From a virus (Duplodnaviria > Caudoviricetes), in the IMG/VR virus record IMGVR_UViG_3300038520_002118, positions 1 through 57,628 of that record: a stretch of 57,628 nucleotides of DNA; one strand, 5' to 3'. Of the stretch, positions 35,468 through 45,140 are shown piece by piece (position 1 is the stretch's first letter; each line of letters starts with the position of its first letter). The notes below the pieces were generated by a model. The model was not told the origin of the DNA. It saw nothing but the letters and a program-made list of their open reading frames with translations, and ran no database searches. Position numbers and translations under genes: made by a program.

Positions 35468-35836
35468 ATGCAAGTAAAAGAATTTTCTCTTAGTGAAGAG
35501 ATAGCCAATTTATTACCCGCTCCAAAGGGATACAAGATTCTTGTAGCCTGCCCAGAAATCGAAGAAACTACAGAAGGCGGTATCATAATCGCTGAAGAGC
35601 TTCGTAAAAAAGAGTCCACCGCATCAATCATTGGCATGGTTATAGACATGGGCGATGAGTGTTACACCGATAATGACAAGTTCCCATCAGGGCCGTACTG
35701 CCAGCGTGGGGAGTGGATCATATTCAGATCGTACTCAGGTACACGTATCAAGATTAAAGGACAGGAGTTCCGTTTAATTAATGACGACACTGTTGAGGCA
35801 ACAGTAAACGACCCAAGGAGCGTTGAAAGAGCATGA
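35468..35836 (+). CDS. groES: Co-chaperonin GroES-like protein
   Basis: PKGYKILV..TEGGIII mobile loop..YSGT..FRLINDD. Confidence 0.85.
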   Translation: MQVKEFSLSEEIANLLPAPKGYKILVACPEIEETTEGGIIIAEELRKKESTASIIGMVIDMGDECYTDNDKFPSGPYCQRGEWIIFRSYSGTRIKIKGQEFRLINDDTVEATVNDPRSVERA

Positions 35837-36738
35837 ACGAAGAAAACGAAATTGAAGTAGAGATCGAGGGGGCCGCTGACGAAGTCGAGGTCGAAATCGT
35901 TGACGATACTCCAGAGCAGGATCGAAACCGGCCTAGAAGGGCTGAGGGGCAAGAGCCAGAGATTCCTAGTGATGATGAGATAGCTAACTATTCTGATAAT
36001 GTCCAGAGCAGAATTAAGAAGTTGAAGTTTGAGTATCATGAGGAACGCAGAGCAAAAGAAGAGGCTGAGCGATTCAAGAATCAAGCTGTAGAGGACATGA
36101 AGAAACTCTACGAAGAGAATCAAAAGCTGAAGAACACTCTCTCTAAAGGCGAGGGTGCTCTGGTCGGTCAGGCACAACAGCGTATCGAGGCCCAGCTCGA
36201 AAAAGCAAAGCAGGCTTACAAAGATGCGTATGAGTCAGGCGATGCTGAAGCTATAACATCAGCTAGTGAGCAAATGGCAGTTCTTGCAAATGAGAAAGTT
36301 CGTTATGCAAACTACAAACCAAAAGCTCCTAAACAACAGAAACCAGCACAGCTTGATACAAAACAGTATGAAGCATCACAAACACAACCAGCGCAGATAG
36401 ACCAAAAGGCTGTAGAATGGTCCGAAAAGAACCCTTGGTTTCTAAAAGATAAGGCAATGACAGGATATGCCTACGGGGTTCATGAGGAATTAATCGATAG
36501 AGGTGTCAGCCCAAACACTGACGACTACTATCAAGAAATAGATTCGAGAATGCGTGAAGCATTCCCGTCAAAGTTTGGACAACAAAGGCAACAGGGCTCC
36601 GTGGTGTCCCCCGCTACAAGAACAGCGAAATCGTCACGCCAAGTAAAGTTGACCAAGACACAAGTCGATATCGCGAGAAGACTTGGGCTTACGCCAGAAA
36701 AATATGCCGCGCAACTTTTGAAGGAAATGCAAGCATGA
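35833..36738 (+). CDS. Putative capsid scaffolding protein
   Basis: Acidic N-terminus, coiled coil, W..KNPWF, C-terminal LGLTPEKYA; upstream of capsid genes. Confidence 0.65.
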   Translation: MNEENEIEVEIEGAADEVEVEIVDDTPEQDRNRPRRAEGQEPEIPSDDEIANYSDNVQSRIKKLKFEYHEERRAKEEAERFKNQAVEDMKKLYEENQKLKNTLSKGEGALVGQAQQRIEAQLEKAKQAYKDAYESGDAEAITSASEQMAVLANEKVRYANYKPKAPKQQKPAQLDTKQYEASQTQPAQIDQKAVEWSEKNPWFLKDKAMTGYAYGVHEELIDRGVSPNTDDYYQEIDSRMREAFPSKFGQQRQQGSVVSPATRTAKSSRQVKLTKTQVDIARRLGLTPEKYAAQLLKEMQA

Positions 36739-37187
36739 GCACACGAGCAAGTAGGGAATCTCAGACCCGCGAAAAAACTGAGCGTAAAAAAGCTTGGGCT
36801 CCGGCATCCCGAATTCCTACTCCAGATAGTGAGGATGGATATTCGTACCGTTGGGTACGCACATCAATTTTAGGACAGGCTGACAATACCAATGTTTCGG
36901 CAAAGTTTCGCGAAGGGTGGGAACCTGTTCGCGCTGAAGATCATCCCGAACTAATGGTGCAGTCAGATATTGATTCTCGCTTCGAGGGGAATGTCGAAGT
37001 AGGTGGCCTATTACTGTGTAAAAACAGCAAAGAAAACGTAGAAGCCCGTCAGGAATACTACGCGGAAATGAATCAACGGCAAATAGAGTCTGTGGATAAC
37101 AACTTTATGAGAGAGAACGATCCAAGGATGCCTCTCTTACGCCCTGAAAAAAGAACGAAAGTAAGTTTTGGAAGTGGCAACTCCTAG
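36735..37187 (+). CDS. Conserved head-module hypothetical protein
   Basis: YRWVR..EGWEPV..VGGLLL. Confidence 0.7.
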   Translation: MSTRASRESQTREKTERKKAWAPASRIPTPDSEDGYSYRWVRTSILGQADNTNVSAKFREGWEPVRAEDHPELMVQSDIDSRFEGNVEVGGLLLCKNSKENVEARQEYYAEMNQRQIESVDNNFMRENDPRMPLLRPEKRTKVSFGSGNS

Positions 37188-37234
37188 CTAATTGGGGTGT
37201 CGCTTCTGATAGACATATGTAAGGAGATAGACAA

Positions 37235-37837
37235 ATGTCTGCAACAGCCGCACCCTTCGGGTTACGCCCGATTGGTCGCCTAGACAGTGGGTCACTGGAG
37301 GTTTTCCGTCAGTATCCTATTGCTTCTGGGTACGGCACGAATATTGCTATGGGCGATATCGTGCAACTAGTTGATGGCGGGACCGCTACAACTATCGAAA
37401 AGCAGTCAGCTACAGGAGATGACTCTACCGAAATCGATATGGTAGGTATTTTCTTGGGCTGTAAGTTTACTGATCCCAACACAAATCAAATGACATTCAG
37501 TCAGTTGTGGCCTGCAAGCACCGTTGCTTCAGACGCAATGGCTTATGTCGTTGATGACCCCAATGTGTTGTTTGCGATTCAAGCGGATGCCGCTCCAACA
37601 AACACTGGAGATATTTACGGCAAGAACACTTTGCTTGTGCAGACTGCACCAAATACAACCCTGAAGGTATCTCGCGTAGCGTTAGACATCTCAGAGTTGA
37701 GCACAGATGCTCAGAACCCAATTCGGGTTATTGACTATCTTGGTGGGGATCAGGGTGATGAGAAAGGAACGACATACCCAATACTGGTTTGTAAGTTCAA
37801 CTATCATCAGCATTCATCTACCACTGGTTCTGCATAA
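37235..37837 (+). CDS. Putative capsid decoration/minor capsid protein
   Basis: APFGLRP..DDP; immediately before MCP. Confidence 0.55.
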   Translation: MSATAAPFGLRPIGRLDSGSLEVFRQYPIASGYGTNIAMGDIVQLVDGGTATTIEKQSATGDDSTEIDMVGIFLGCKFTDPNTNQMTFSQLWPASTVASDAMAYVVDDPNVLFAIQADAAPTNTGDIYGKNTLLVQTAPNTTLKVSRVALDISELSTDAQNPIRVIDYLGGDQGDEKGTTYPILVCKFNYHQHSSTTGSA

Positions 37838-37849
37838 GGAGATTGAACG

Positions 37850-38758
37850 ATGGCTATTACTCGCGCCCAACTCCTCAAGGAGTTATTACCGGGCCTTAAT
37901 GCATTGTTTGGTCTTGAGTACGACAAGTATGAAGACGAACATGCAGAGATCTATGAAACAGAAAGTTCAGAGCGTTCTTTCGAGGAAGAAGTTAAGCTCT
38001 CAGGCTTCGGTGCCGCACCGGTCAAGCCAGAGGGAAGTGCGATTTCCTACGATAATGCTCAGGAATCTTTCACTGCTCGTTACAACCACGAAACAGTTGC
38101 GATGGGTTTCTCCATTACTGAAGAGGCAATGGAAGACAACCTGTATGACGCCCTGTCTGCTCGGTACACAAAAGCACTTGCTCGCGCAATGGCTTACACC
38201 AAGCAAACAAAAGCGGCTTCTCTGCTGAACACAGGTTTCGACACATTCCAATCTGGGGATGGCGTAACTCTGTTCAACACAGCGCACCCAACTGTTGCTG
38301 GCGGTAACAACCGTAACCGTCTTTCTACAGACTCTGACCTCAATGAGACTTCTCTTGAGCAGGCTGTGATCGACATCGCGGCTTTCACGGATGAGCGTGG
38401 TCTTCTGATCGCGGCACGTCCTCGTAAGCTGATTGTTCCACCTGCATTGATGTTCGTTGCAACTCGTTTGCTCGAATCAGAACTGCGTACCGGAACAGCC
38501 GACAACGACACAAACGCATTGCGTAACAATGGGTCCATCCCAGAGGGATATCGCGTCAATCACTACTTGACTGACAGCGATGCCTTCTTCTTAGTGACAG
38601 ACGTTCCTAACGGAATGAAGCACTTTGAGCGTACTCCAATGCAAACGTCTATGGACGGTGATTTTGATACTGGCAATGTTCGCTACAAAGCTCGCGAGCG
38701 TTACAGCTTCGGCGTCTCAGACCCACTAGGAATCTTCGGATCGCCCGGTGCGTCTTAA
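37850..38758 (+). CDS. Major capsid protein
   Basis: MAITRAQLLKELLPGLNALFG..KLIVPP..ERYSFG; followed by strong terminator. Confidence 0.88.
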   Translation: MAITRAQLLKELLPGLNALFGLEYDKYEDEHAEIYETESSERSFEEEVKLSGFGAAPVKPEGSAISYDNAQESFTARYNHETVAMGFSITEEAMEDNLYDALSARYTKALARAMAYTKQTKAASLLNTGFDTFQSGDGVTLFNTAHPTVAGGNNRNRLSTDSDLNETSLEQAVIDIAAFTDERGLLIAARPRKLIVPPALMFVATRLLESELRTGTADNDTNALRNNGSIPEGYRVNHYLTDSDAFFLVTDVPNGMKHFERTPMQTSMDGDFDTGNVRYKARERYSFGVSDPLGIFGSPGAS

Positions 38759-38786
38759 TCAGGAATCTTTTCCTGATACAATAAAG

Positions 38787-38811
38787 GGGAGGCTTCGGCC
38801 TCCCTTTTTTT
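38787..38811 (+). terminator. Intrinsic terminator after MCP
   Basis: GGGAGGC-TTCG-GCCTCCC-T7. Confidence 0.9.
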
Positions 38812-38821
38812 CATCCTGACA

Positions 38822-38841
38822 AAAGGTGCATGTGCACTTTT
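38822..38841. repeat. Dispersed palindrome site 14 (core GTGCATGTGCAC)
   Basis: AAAAGGTGCATGTGCACTTTTT after terminator. Confidence 0.9.
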
Positions 38842-38868
38842 TGACACTGGCCAAGACAGGAGATTTTC

Positions 38869-39267
38869 ATGGCTAATACAACTTTTAGTGGAGCAGTCCG
38901 CTCCGAAAACGGATTTGTATCTGTAACAAAGAACGCAACCACAGGGGCGTTCACAACAGGTACCACATATTCAGATATCATCACAGGTAGCGTTCAGTCA
39001 TTGTCTGGCGCTGGCGCAGTCAACATTACTGATCTGATCACAGAGGTGACCACTACCGGAGCAAACGCACTGACGTTAGCTAATGGCGCCACAGGGCAGG
39101 TTAAGATCATCACAATGGTCACTGATGGTGGTGATGGAACCCTCACTCCAACAACTCTTGCTGGCGGTACAACCATCACGTTCAATGACGTTGGAGATGG
39201 TGTTGTGCTTGTTTACGGTTCAGCAGGCTGGGTGGTTGTAGGAAACAACGGCGCTACGATTGCGTAA
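38869..39267 (+). CDS. Putative virion structural protein
   Basis: MANTTFSG start, T/G-rich beta composition. Confidence 0.65.
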   Translation: MANTTFSGAVRSENGFVSVTKNATTGAFTTGTTYSDIITGSVQSLSGAGAVNITDLITEVTTTGANALTLANGATGQVKIITMVTDGGDGTLTPTTLAGGTTITFNDVGDGVVLVYGSAGWVVVGNNGATIA

Positions 39268-39277
39268 GGGGTAGATC

Positions 39278-39556
39278 ATGGCAATGTCTGATACATTTGC
39301 AGTTACTCGAACAAGTGACGGCACAATATTTGGGCAGAGATCGCGAGTACGTCAGATCGTTGCCACGACAGCGAGTTCTGGGAGTCCTGCTATTGTCGTC
39401 AAAGATGGCGGTGCCAGTGGGACAACCCGGCTCTCTATGGCGTTTACAACATCCGATGTGATCACGGTAAATATCCCTGACAATGGAATATTGTTTGAGA
39501 CAGATGTATATCTTGATCTAACGGCTTGCGATTCCGTTACATTCTTTCTATCGTAG
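39278..39556 (+). CDS. Putative virion structural protein
   Basis: IPDNGILF motif; RBS. Confidence 0.65.
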   Translation: MAMSDTFAVTRTSDGTIFGQRSRVRQIVATTASSGSPAIVVKDGGASGTTRLSMAFTTSDVITVNIPDNGILFETDVYLDLTACDSVTFFLS

Positions 39557-39564
39557 GAGGTATT

Positions 39565-39858
39565 GTGGCCACTCCAGAAAGAGTTAAAAGTAAGATGAAG
39601 GAGCTTGGGCTTAGCGGTGTGAATAAGCCCAAGAAGACCCCGAGTCATAAAACTAAATCTCATGTGGTCATGGCTAAAGAAGGGGACAAGTATAAGCTTG
39701 TCCGCTTCGGTCAACAGGGGGTGAAGGGTGCAGGGAAAAGCCCAAAGACAGCGAAGGATAAGGCGCGTAAGAAATCGTACTATGCACGGCATGATGCTCA
39801 AGGAAAGCCAAAAAGCAAACTCAGTGCAAAGTACTGGTCCCACAAAGTTAAGTGGTGA
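39565..39858 (+). CDS. Small basic protein
   Basis: GTG after AGGAGG; K-rich, KLVRFGQQG..YYARH..YWS. Confidence 0.7.
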   Translation: MATPERVKSKMKELGLSGVNKPKKTPSHKTKSHVVMAKEGDKYKLVRFGQQGVKGAGKSPKTAKDKARKKSYYARHDAQGKPKSKLSAKYWSHKVKW

Positions 39859-39891
39859 TGACTGGCGTTATTGGGCGCAATGAGAATCTGA

Positions 39892-40362
39892 ATGATTAGA
39901 CTGGCTACAAAAGACGATGCTAAGGCCATTGTGAAGATAGCCTTTTTATTTCACAAACTAAGCCAGTTTGGCGGTGTCACGACATATAACTTCAAAGATG
40001 CTTTGATTTACACCCTCAACGGCATCAAAAACAAAAACAAGTTGTGGATGGTGTGCGAGAAAGACTCTGAGGTTATAGGGTTTTTTGTTGCGGGCAAGCA
40101 TCATCCCCCTTGGAACTCCAATCAAAATCTGTCCAGCGAAGAATTATTTTTTCTGCTTCCAGAGCACAAGTCCCCTCGGATTGCGTTAAACTTTTTTAAG
40201 GAGTGGGAAAAATGGTGCGTGAGTCACGGTGTAGTCCAGATGTCATTCACTCCTACATCGTTTGTTGATGACAACCTCAATCGGTGGGATGGGTTTTGCA
40301 ACCACATCGGGTTTAAAAAAGGTGGCATCTACTACAAAAAGGTCTTGACCAATGAAGTTTAA
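39892..40362 (+). CDS. GNAT-family acetyltransferase-like protein
   Basis: MIRLATKDD..VIGFF..FFLLPEH..GF. Confidence 0.75.
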   Translation: MIRLATKDDAKAIVKIAFLFHKLSQFGGVTTYNFKDALIYTLNGIKNKNKLWMVCEKDSEVIGFFVAGKHHPPWNSNQNLSSEELFFLLPEHKSPRIALNFFKEWEKWCVSHGVVQMSFTPTSFVDDNLNRWDGFCNHIGFKKGGIYYKKVLTNEV

Positions 40363-42652
40363 ATCAATATGCCCATCGCTAAGTCCTGACGCACTTGATG
40401 ACTTGTTCATCAGGACGATGTATTGCTTCGGTGATGATGGCGGCGGTGGCGGCGGTGGCGGCGGTGGCGGCAGTCAAGCCGACAGCTATGGCTATGATGA
40501 CTATGATGGTGGCCGCTTTGATGATGACGCAGGCTTCGATGACGGTGATACCGGTGACACGGGCGGGTCTGATGACGCAGGATTTGATGACGGTGATACC
40601 GGTGATACCGGTGATACCGGCGGGGATGATGATTCTTCTAGAGGTGACAATGAGGATGATGATCCGTTTGTTGGTGACGAGGTAGACCTCACGGATTCAG
40701 AGATTGACGATATCGTAGATGACATCATCGATGATTTTGTTGGTGATGAGATAGATTTCAGTGATTCAATCACTGGGGATGAAGCTGAAGAATTTATTGA
40801 TTCTCTTATCAGTGATGATGTATCAGGCTTAGAACAGGAACTAGGTTCCGAAACTGATATTGATTTCGATGACTTAGAAGAAGAAGATTTTGACCCTGAG
40901 TTCGATCTAGGAGATGTTGGAGATACGCTGACGGATTCAGAGATCGAAGAACAACTCGATGATATTGATCAGGGTCTAACTAAAGAGGCAAGAATAGATA
41001 ACGCAATTGACGCATATAAAAACAACGACTCTTTCTATGGAAATGTGACAATGGACCCGAGCGATCCAGAGGTCATCAACGATCTCAGAGAGGAGCTTGC
41101 CGGTAAGACAGTTGCTGAAATAGACGAATTTACTAAAGATATTGGTGGTTTGACTTTGGATGAGCTTGCCGCTGAAGCCCCACCAGAGGTCGAGCCTGAG
41201 GTTGAGCCTGAGTTTGAAACCCCACCGAGAGATATAACAGATCCGGGCGCCCTCGATACCGAAGAGTTACTTGCAGAGATAAGGGGCGAAGGTACAGCAG
41301 ATTTTGGGGATGACTCCCAGACCTACCAAGAAGAAATCCCTGTAGAAGTCAATGTGCCTGAGGTCAACCCTTATATTGGCGATGACGCAGATGATGAGAC
41401 ATTACCGGCGCCTGAGCCGGAGGATATTTTCGTTGGGGACGAAGTGGCTTTCCCGACAGATCCCTATGATGATTACGATGATGTGTTTGGTGAGCCCGGT
41501 GGCACAGATCCTTTCGTGGGTGAAGAGATTGCAGTGCCCGAGGAAAATAAAATTTCAACCACGATAGACAATCTCATCAATGCGGCTTTATCTTTACCAA
41601 CTCCCGGCAGTCTCATATTTGAGGGCCTGTCAAAAGAGTTCCCCAAGATCGCTCAGGCAATCAAAGAGGGCACCTACGATCCTGAGTTTGACTATGGTGA
41701 TGTAGATGACATCACGCTCGATGAGAGAGTTTCTTATATCAGCCCCGAAACGGGAGAGCTGAACACTAGGAACTTCAACATTGGGGATGACGAAAGAGAT
41801 CAGCCATATGTGGACACGTATGTAAACGGTAAGTTTACTCGCGTGTATGGACCCATAGAGAACCTGTCAAAACAGTTTGACCCCAGCGAGATACGTGGCG
41901 TTGATTTTGATGAGGGTGATGTAACTGACACGATTCCAATTATTGACGAGTTACCCATACCAGAGGAAGCGCCTGAAACAGATTTCAAAGAGCTTACCAG
42001 TGGTACGCTTTCTCCAGCAGATGACCCATTTGTAGGTGATGAGATTATGGGGGATGATGACCTTGTACCAGATATAGAAATTCAAGTGCCTGAACCTGAG
42101 GACCCATTCGTTGGCGATGAAATAGATTACTCGGACGATTCTGAGGACATCGATGAAGAGGATCCTTTCGTTGGTGATGAAGTGTTTTATCCAGATGAAC
42201 CAGCTCCAGTCGCGCCTGTAACAGGTGGTGGTGGTGATGACACCTCTACCCCAACAGAAACCACCCCTCCTTTTATAGCCTCACCGTACACGTCATTGTT
42301 TGGAGATCCGCTACAGTACAATCCATTCGAGGGCCAAGATCCGTTTGAGTACGATACCCCTACGGTCACCGATCCTTTCAGGCCAGAAGAACTGTTCGGT
42401 TCATATACGTTGTCGAACGATGTGGCTCAGGGATTAGCGGATCTGGTAAATGCAGGTTATGCACCTGAATACCTTGAACCAATATCTCAGATGGATGAGG
42501 CAAGGAGAGAGCAGGAAGAGATCATGGCATTGATTGGCGCTCAAATGCCTACGGGTACGCCTGTCTCAGATGAAGACTTCCAGTACTTTGAGCTTTCCCC
42601 AATCGAGGAAGCGGAGCGTTTAATAGCGGAGTTAAGTAATGATCAATCGTAG
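40352..42652 (+). CDS. Highly acidic low-complexity protein with DPFVGDE repeats
   Basis: 766 aa, D/E-rich, poly-Gly near N-terminus. Confidence 0.8.
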   Translation: MKFKSICPSLSPDALDDLFIRTMYCFGDDGGGGGGGGGGGSQADSYGYDDYDGGRFDDDAGFDDGDTGDTGGSDDAGFDDGDTGDTGDTGGDDDSSRGDNEDDDPFVGDEVDLTDSEIDDIVDDIIDDFVGDEIDFSDSITGDEAEEFIDSLISDDVSGLEQELGSETDIDFDDLEEEDFDPEFDLGDVGDTLTDSEIEEQLDDIDQGLTKEARIDNAIDAYKNNDSFYGNVTMDPSDPEVINDLREELAGKTVAEIDEFTKDIGGLTLDELAAEAPPEVEPEVEPEFETPPRDITDPGALDTEELLAEIRGEGTADFGDDSQTYQEEIPVEVNVPEVNPYIGDDADDETLPAPEPEDIFVGDEVAFPTDPYDDYDDVFGEPGGTDPFVGEEIAVPEENKISTTIDNLINAALSLPTPGSLIFEGLSKEFPKIAQAIKEGTYDPEFDYGDVDDITLDERVSYISPETGELNTRNFNIGDDERDQPYVDTYVNGKFTRVYGPIENLSKQFDPSEIRGVDFDEGDVTDTIPIIDELPIPEEAPETDFKELTSGTLSPADDPFVGDEIMGDDDLVPDIEIQVPEPEDPFVGDEIDYSDDSEDIDEEDPFVGDEVFYPDEPAPVAPVTGGGGDDTSTPTETTPPFIASPYTSLFGDPLQYNPFEGQDPFEYDTPTVTDPFRPEELFGSYTLSNDVAQGLADLVNAGYAPEYLEPISQMDEARREQEEIMALIGAQMPTGTPVSDEDFQYFELSPIEEAERLIAELSNDQS

Positions 42653-42884
42653 CAGTATGTCTAAACAGCTCACTGGCAAGATGGCCAAAGGTGGTAAAGT
42701 AAAGAAGAAGGCAAAGAGCAAGGTCAATGAAGCCGGTAACTATACAAAGCCCACACTACGCAAGCGACTCTTTAATGAGATCAAGGCAGGCGGAAAAGGA
42801 GGCAAGCCGGGTCAATGGAGCGCAAGAAAAGCTCAGATGCTCGCTCAACGCTATAAAAAAGCAGGCGGAGGTTACCGCGACTAA
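42639..42884 (+). CDS. Small basic protein
   Basis: NYTKP..GQWSARKAQ..GGGY. Confidence 0.75.
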   Translation: MINRSSMSKQLTGKMAKGGKVKKKAKSKVNEAGNYTKPTLRKRLFNEIKAGGKGGKPGQWSARKAQMLAQRYKKAGGGYRD

Positions 42885-43141
42885 TGGCCAAGAAAGCGTC
42901 CCAGAAGTCACTCGACAGTTGGACAAAACAAAAGTGGCGTACCAAGAGTGGCAAGCCATCTACACAAGGCTCGAAAGCTACAGGGGAGCGCTATCTACCG
43001 GAGAAAGCTATCAAGGCTCTTTCATCAAAAGAATATGCGGCTACGACTCGCAAGAAACGAGCGGACACCAAAAAGGGCAAACAGTTTTCGTCACAGCCTA
43101 AGAAGGTTGCCAAGAAAACAAAAACGTATAGGAAGAAGTAA
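42884..43141 (+). CDS. Small basic protein
   Basis: QKSL..WTKQKW..ERYLP. Confidence 0.75.
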   Translation: MAKKASQKSLDSWTKQKWRTKSGKPSTQGSKATGERYLPEKAIKALSSKEYAATTRKKRADTKKGKQFSSQPKKVAKKTKTYRKK

Positions 43142-43824
43142 TGGCTGTTGTAACGCCTGATCTGCCAGAGATATTCGAGGAAGCTTATGAGAGAGCAGGA
43201 CTTGAGATGCGTTCTGGCTACGACCTCAAGACTGCAAGACGATCCTTAAACCTCCTAACCCTTGAATGGCAAAACAGAGGTCTGAACCTGTGGACTATTG
43301 AGCCCGGAACTATTAGCCTTTCTTCTGGGACGGCAACCTATACGTTCCCTACCGACACTGTAGACGTAATTGAGATGACATTACGTACAGGATCTGGTAC
43401 GAATCAAATAGATCAGAATGTGGAGAGAGTGAGTGTATCTACGTATTCTCAACAAACTAATAAGAACACGACAGGACGGCCCGTACAAGCGTTCATTAGA
43501 CGCTTGGCAACGTCAACAACTGTTACGCTGTGGCCTGTGCCGGATTCAACTGAGTCTTATACTCTTGCGTATTTCCGTTTGCGTGGAATCGAAAGCATTA
43601 GCTCGGGCGTTACGGGCACGGCTGACATGCCTCCGCGATTCGTTCCTTGCTTGGTTGCAGGGCTTGCCTACTACGTTGCGATGAAGAGACCAGAGGTAGC
43701 TGAAAGAGTTTCTGCCCTCAAGCAGGAATATGAGTTCCAGTTCGAGTTAGCCGCAGGGGAAGATAGGGAAACATCGAGCATACAGTTTGTTCCGTTCAAT
43801 ACTTTTTATGGGGTGGGTGGCTGA
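43141..43824 (+). CDS. Putative head-tail adaptor/tail tubular protein
   Basis: ARRSLN..W.NRGLNLW..GRP..LWPVPD..GLAYY. Confidence 0.6.
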   Translation: MAVVTPDLPEIFEEAYERAGLEMRSGYDLKTARRSLNLLTLEWQNRGLNLWTIEPGTISLSSGTATYTFPTDTVDVIEMTLRTGSGTNQIDQNVERVSVSTYSQQTNKNTTGRPVQAFIRRLATSTTVTLWPVPDSTESYTLAYFRLRGIESISSGVTGTADMPPRFVPCLVAGLAYYVAMKRPEVAERVSALKQEYEFQFELAAGEDRETSSIQFVPFNTFYGVGG

Positions 43825-44156
43825 TGGCCGTTTATGCAAAGGCCAAGAAAGCTTTCGGGTTTTGTGATAAGACTGGGTTCAGGTATCCACTCAGTCAATT
43901 AGTAACAGAGATCAGAAATGGCATTCCAACAGGATTCAAAGTTGGTTTCGATGTGGTTGATCCAGATCAGCCACAAAACTTCCTTGGTCGGATTAGGATT
44001 AATGACCCTCAAGCTCTACGCGACCCCAGACCAGAGCGGAAAATTGAGCCGGTCACATTCAAGTATCCAGCGCTCGATCAAGAAACATTAGAACCATTCG
44101 GTCCACCAGATCCACTACACGTAACGGCGGGCGCTGTTACAATAGTAATATCGTAA
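43824..44156 (+). CDS. Hypothetical virion-module protein
   Basis: CDKTGFRY..DPQALRDPRP. Confidence 0.7.
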   Translation: MAVYAKAKKAFGFCDKTGFRYPLSQLVTEIRNGIPTGFKVGFDVVDPDQPQNFLGRIRINDPQALRDPRPERKIEPVTFKYPALDQETLEPFGPPDPLHVTAGAVTIVIS

Positions 44157-44174
44157 AAGTTCACATGCACTTTT
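44155..44174. repeat. Dispersed palindrome site 15 (core GTTCACATGCAC)
   Basis: Between stop and GGAG RBS. Confidence 0.9.
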
Positions 44175-44190
44175 TTGGAGAGAAGAAGCA

Positions 44191-44472
44191 ATGATGAAGA
44201 AGACCAAAGGTTATGCCAAGGGTGGCATGAAGAAGAAAACAAAAGGTATGGCTAAGGGCGGCAAGCTCAAAATGGTCGATAAAGGCGGTAAGAAAGTTCC
44301 GTTCTTCGCGGCTGACGGCAAGGGTAAGATGGCTGGCGGCGGTATGGCCAAAAAGACTAAAGGCTACGCCAAGGGTGGCGCTATGAAGAAAACTAAGGGA
44401 TACTCCAAGGGTGGAGTTGCTCGCGGTACAGGTGCGGCAACAAAAGGAAAGAAGTTCACTCGGGGTGGCTAA
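44191..44472 (+). CDS. Basic protein with KG(Y/M)AKGG repeats
   Basis: K/G-rich, five xAxGG/xSxGG units. Confidence 0.75.
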   Translation: MMKKTKGYAKGGMKKKTKGMAKGGKLKMVDKGGKKVPFFAADGKGKMAGGGMAKKTKGYAKGGAMKKTKGYSKGGVARGTGAATKGKKFTRGG

Positions 44473-45140
44473 TGCCGTATTTAATCTCCAACGTGCCCAG
44501 CTTCAAGTGCTGGGTGCGTAAGGAGTTCACCTGTAATCATCAGGATTATCATGGTGAGTTCATTCATGCGTTGGCTTTTGCAGTCAACACAATTCCAGAC
44601 AGATCTCTGAGCTTCCAAGTCGTTTTCACAGGATGTGAGATCGACTCGGAAGGCGGTGAAAATGTTCACGGAGGAGCAATGTGGGCAAGGATGCCCATCC
44701 AAGCTCTTGTCGCTGATATACATTTAGATGAGTGGCCTGACCGAATGGAGGATCATTTGTGTCAGCCGTGGGACTGTGAGTCTAGGAATCACTCAGTCAT
44801 AGTCATGGATAGGGTTAGCTCTAGTCCGTGGGTCGCCAAAATTAACAGCGAGTTTTATGAGGCTCGATATATGTTCACTGTAGATTACACGGACCACGAG
44901 ATTGCCGACTCTCCTGATCAACACAAGCAATCGCATGTGCTCTATCTTACTGAAGGCCCTTGGACTGGTAATATCGTTGCACTGCCCAACAATCGAGTTA
45001 GAGCAACGTCACCTGCCCTGTGGCGCACAGGCGAGGGCGCACCAGATTTCACGCCTAGTCAATATACCCATTCAGCAGAGGGGCATTCGAGTTATACTGA
45101 TCCAGACATAACATTTAATAATCTATATCAGGATTCGTGA
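44472..45140 (+). CDS. Conserved hypothetical phage protein
   Basis: GAMWARMPI, QPWDC, Y.FTVD, HKQSHV, PNNR. Confidence 0.75.
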   Translation: MPYLISNVPSFKCWVRKEFTCNHQDYHGEFIHALAFAVNTIPDRSLSFQVVFTGCEIDSEGGENVHGGAMWARMPIQALVADIHLDEWPDRMEDHLCQPWDCESRNHSVIVMDRVSSSPWVAKINSEFYEARYMFTVDYTDHEIADSPDQHKQSHVLYLTEGPWTGNIVALPNNRVRATSPALWRTGEGAPDFTPSQYTHSAEGHSSYTDPDITFNNLYQDS

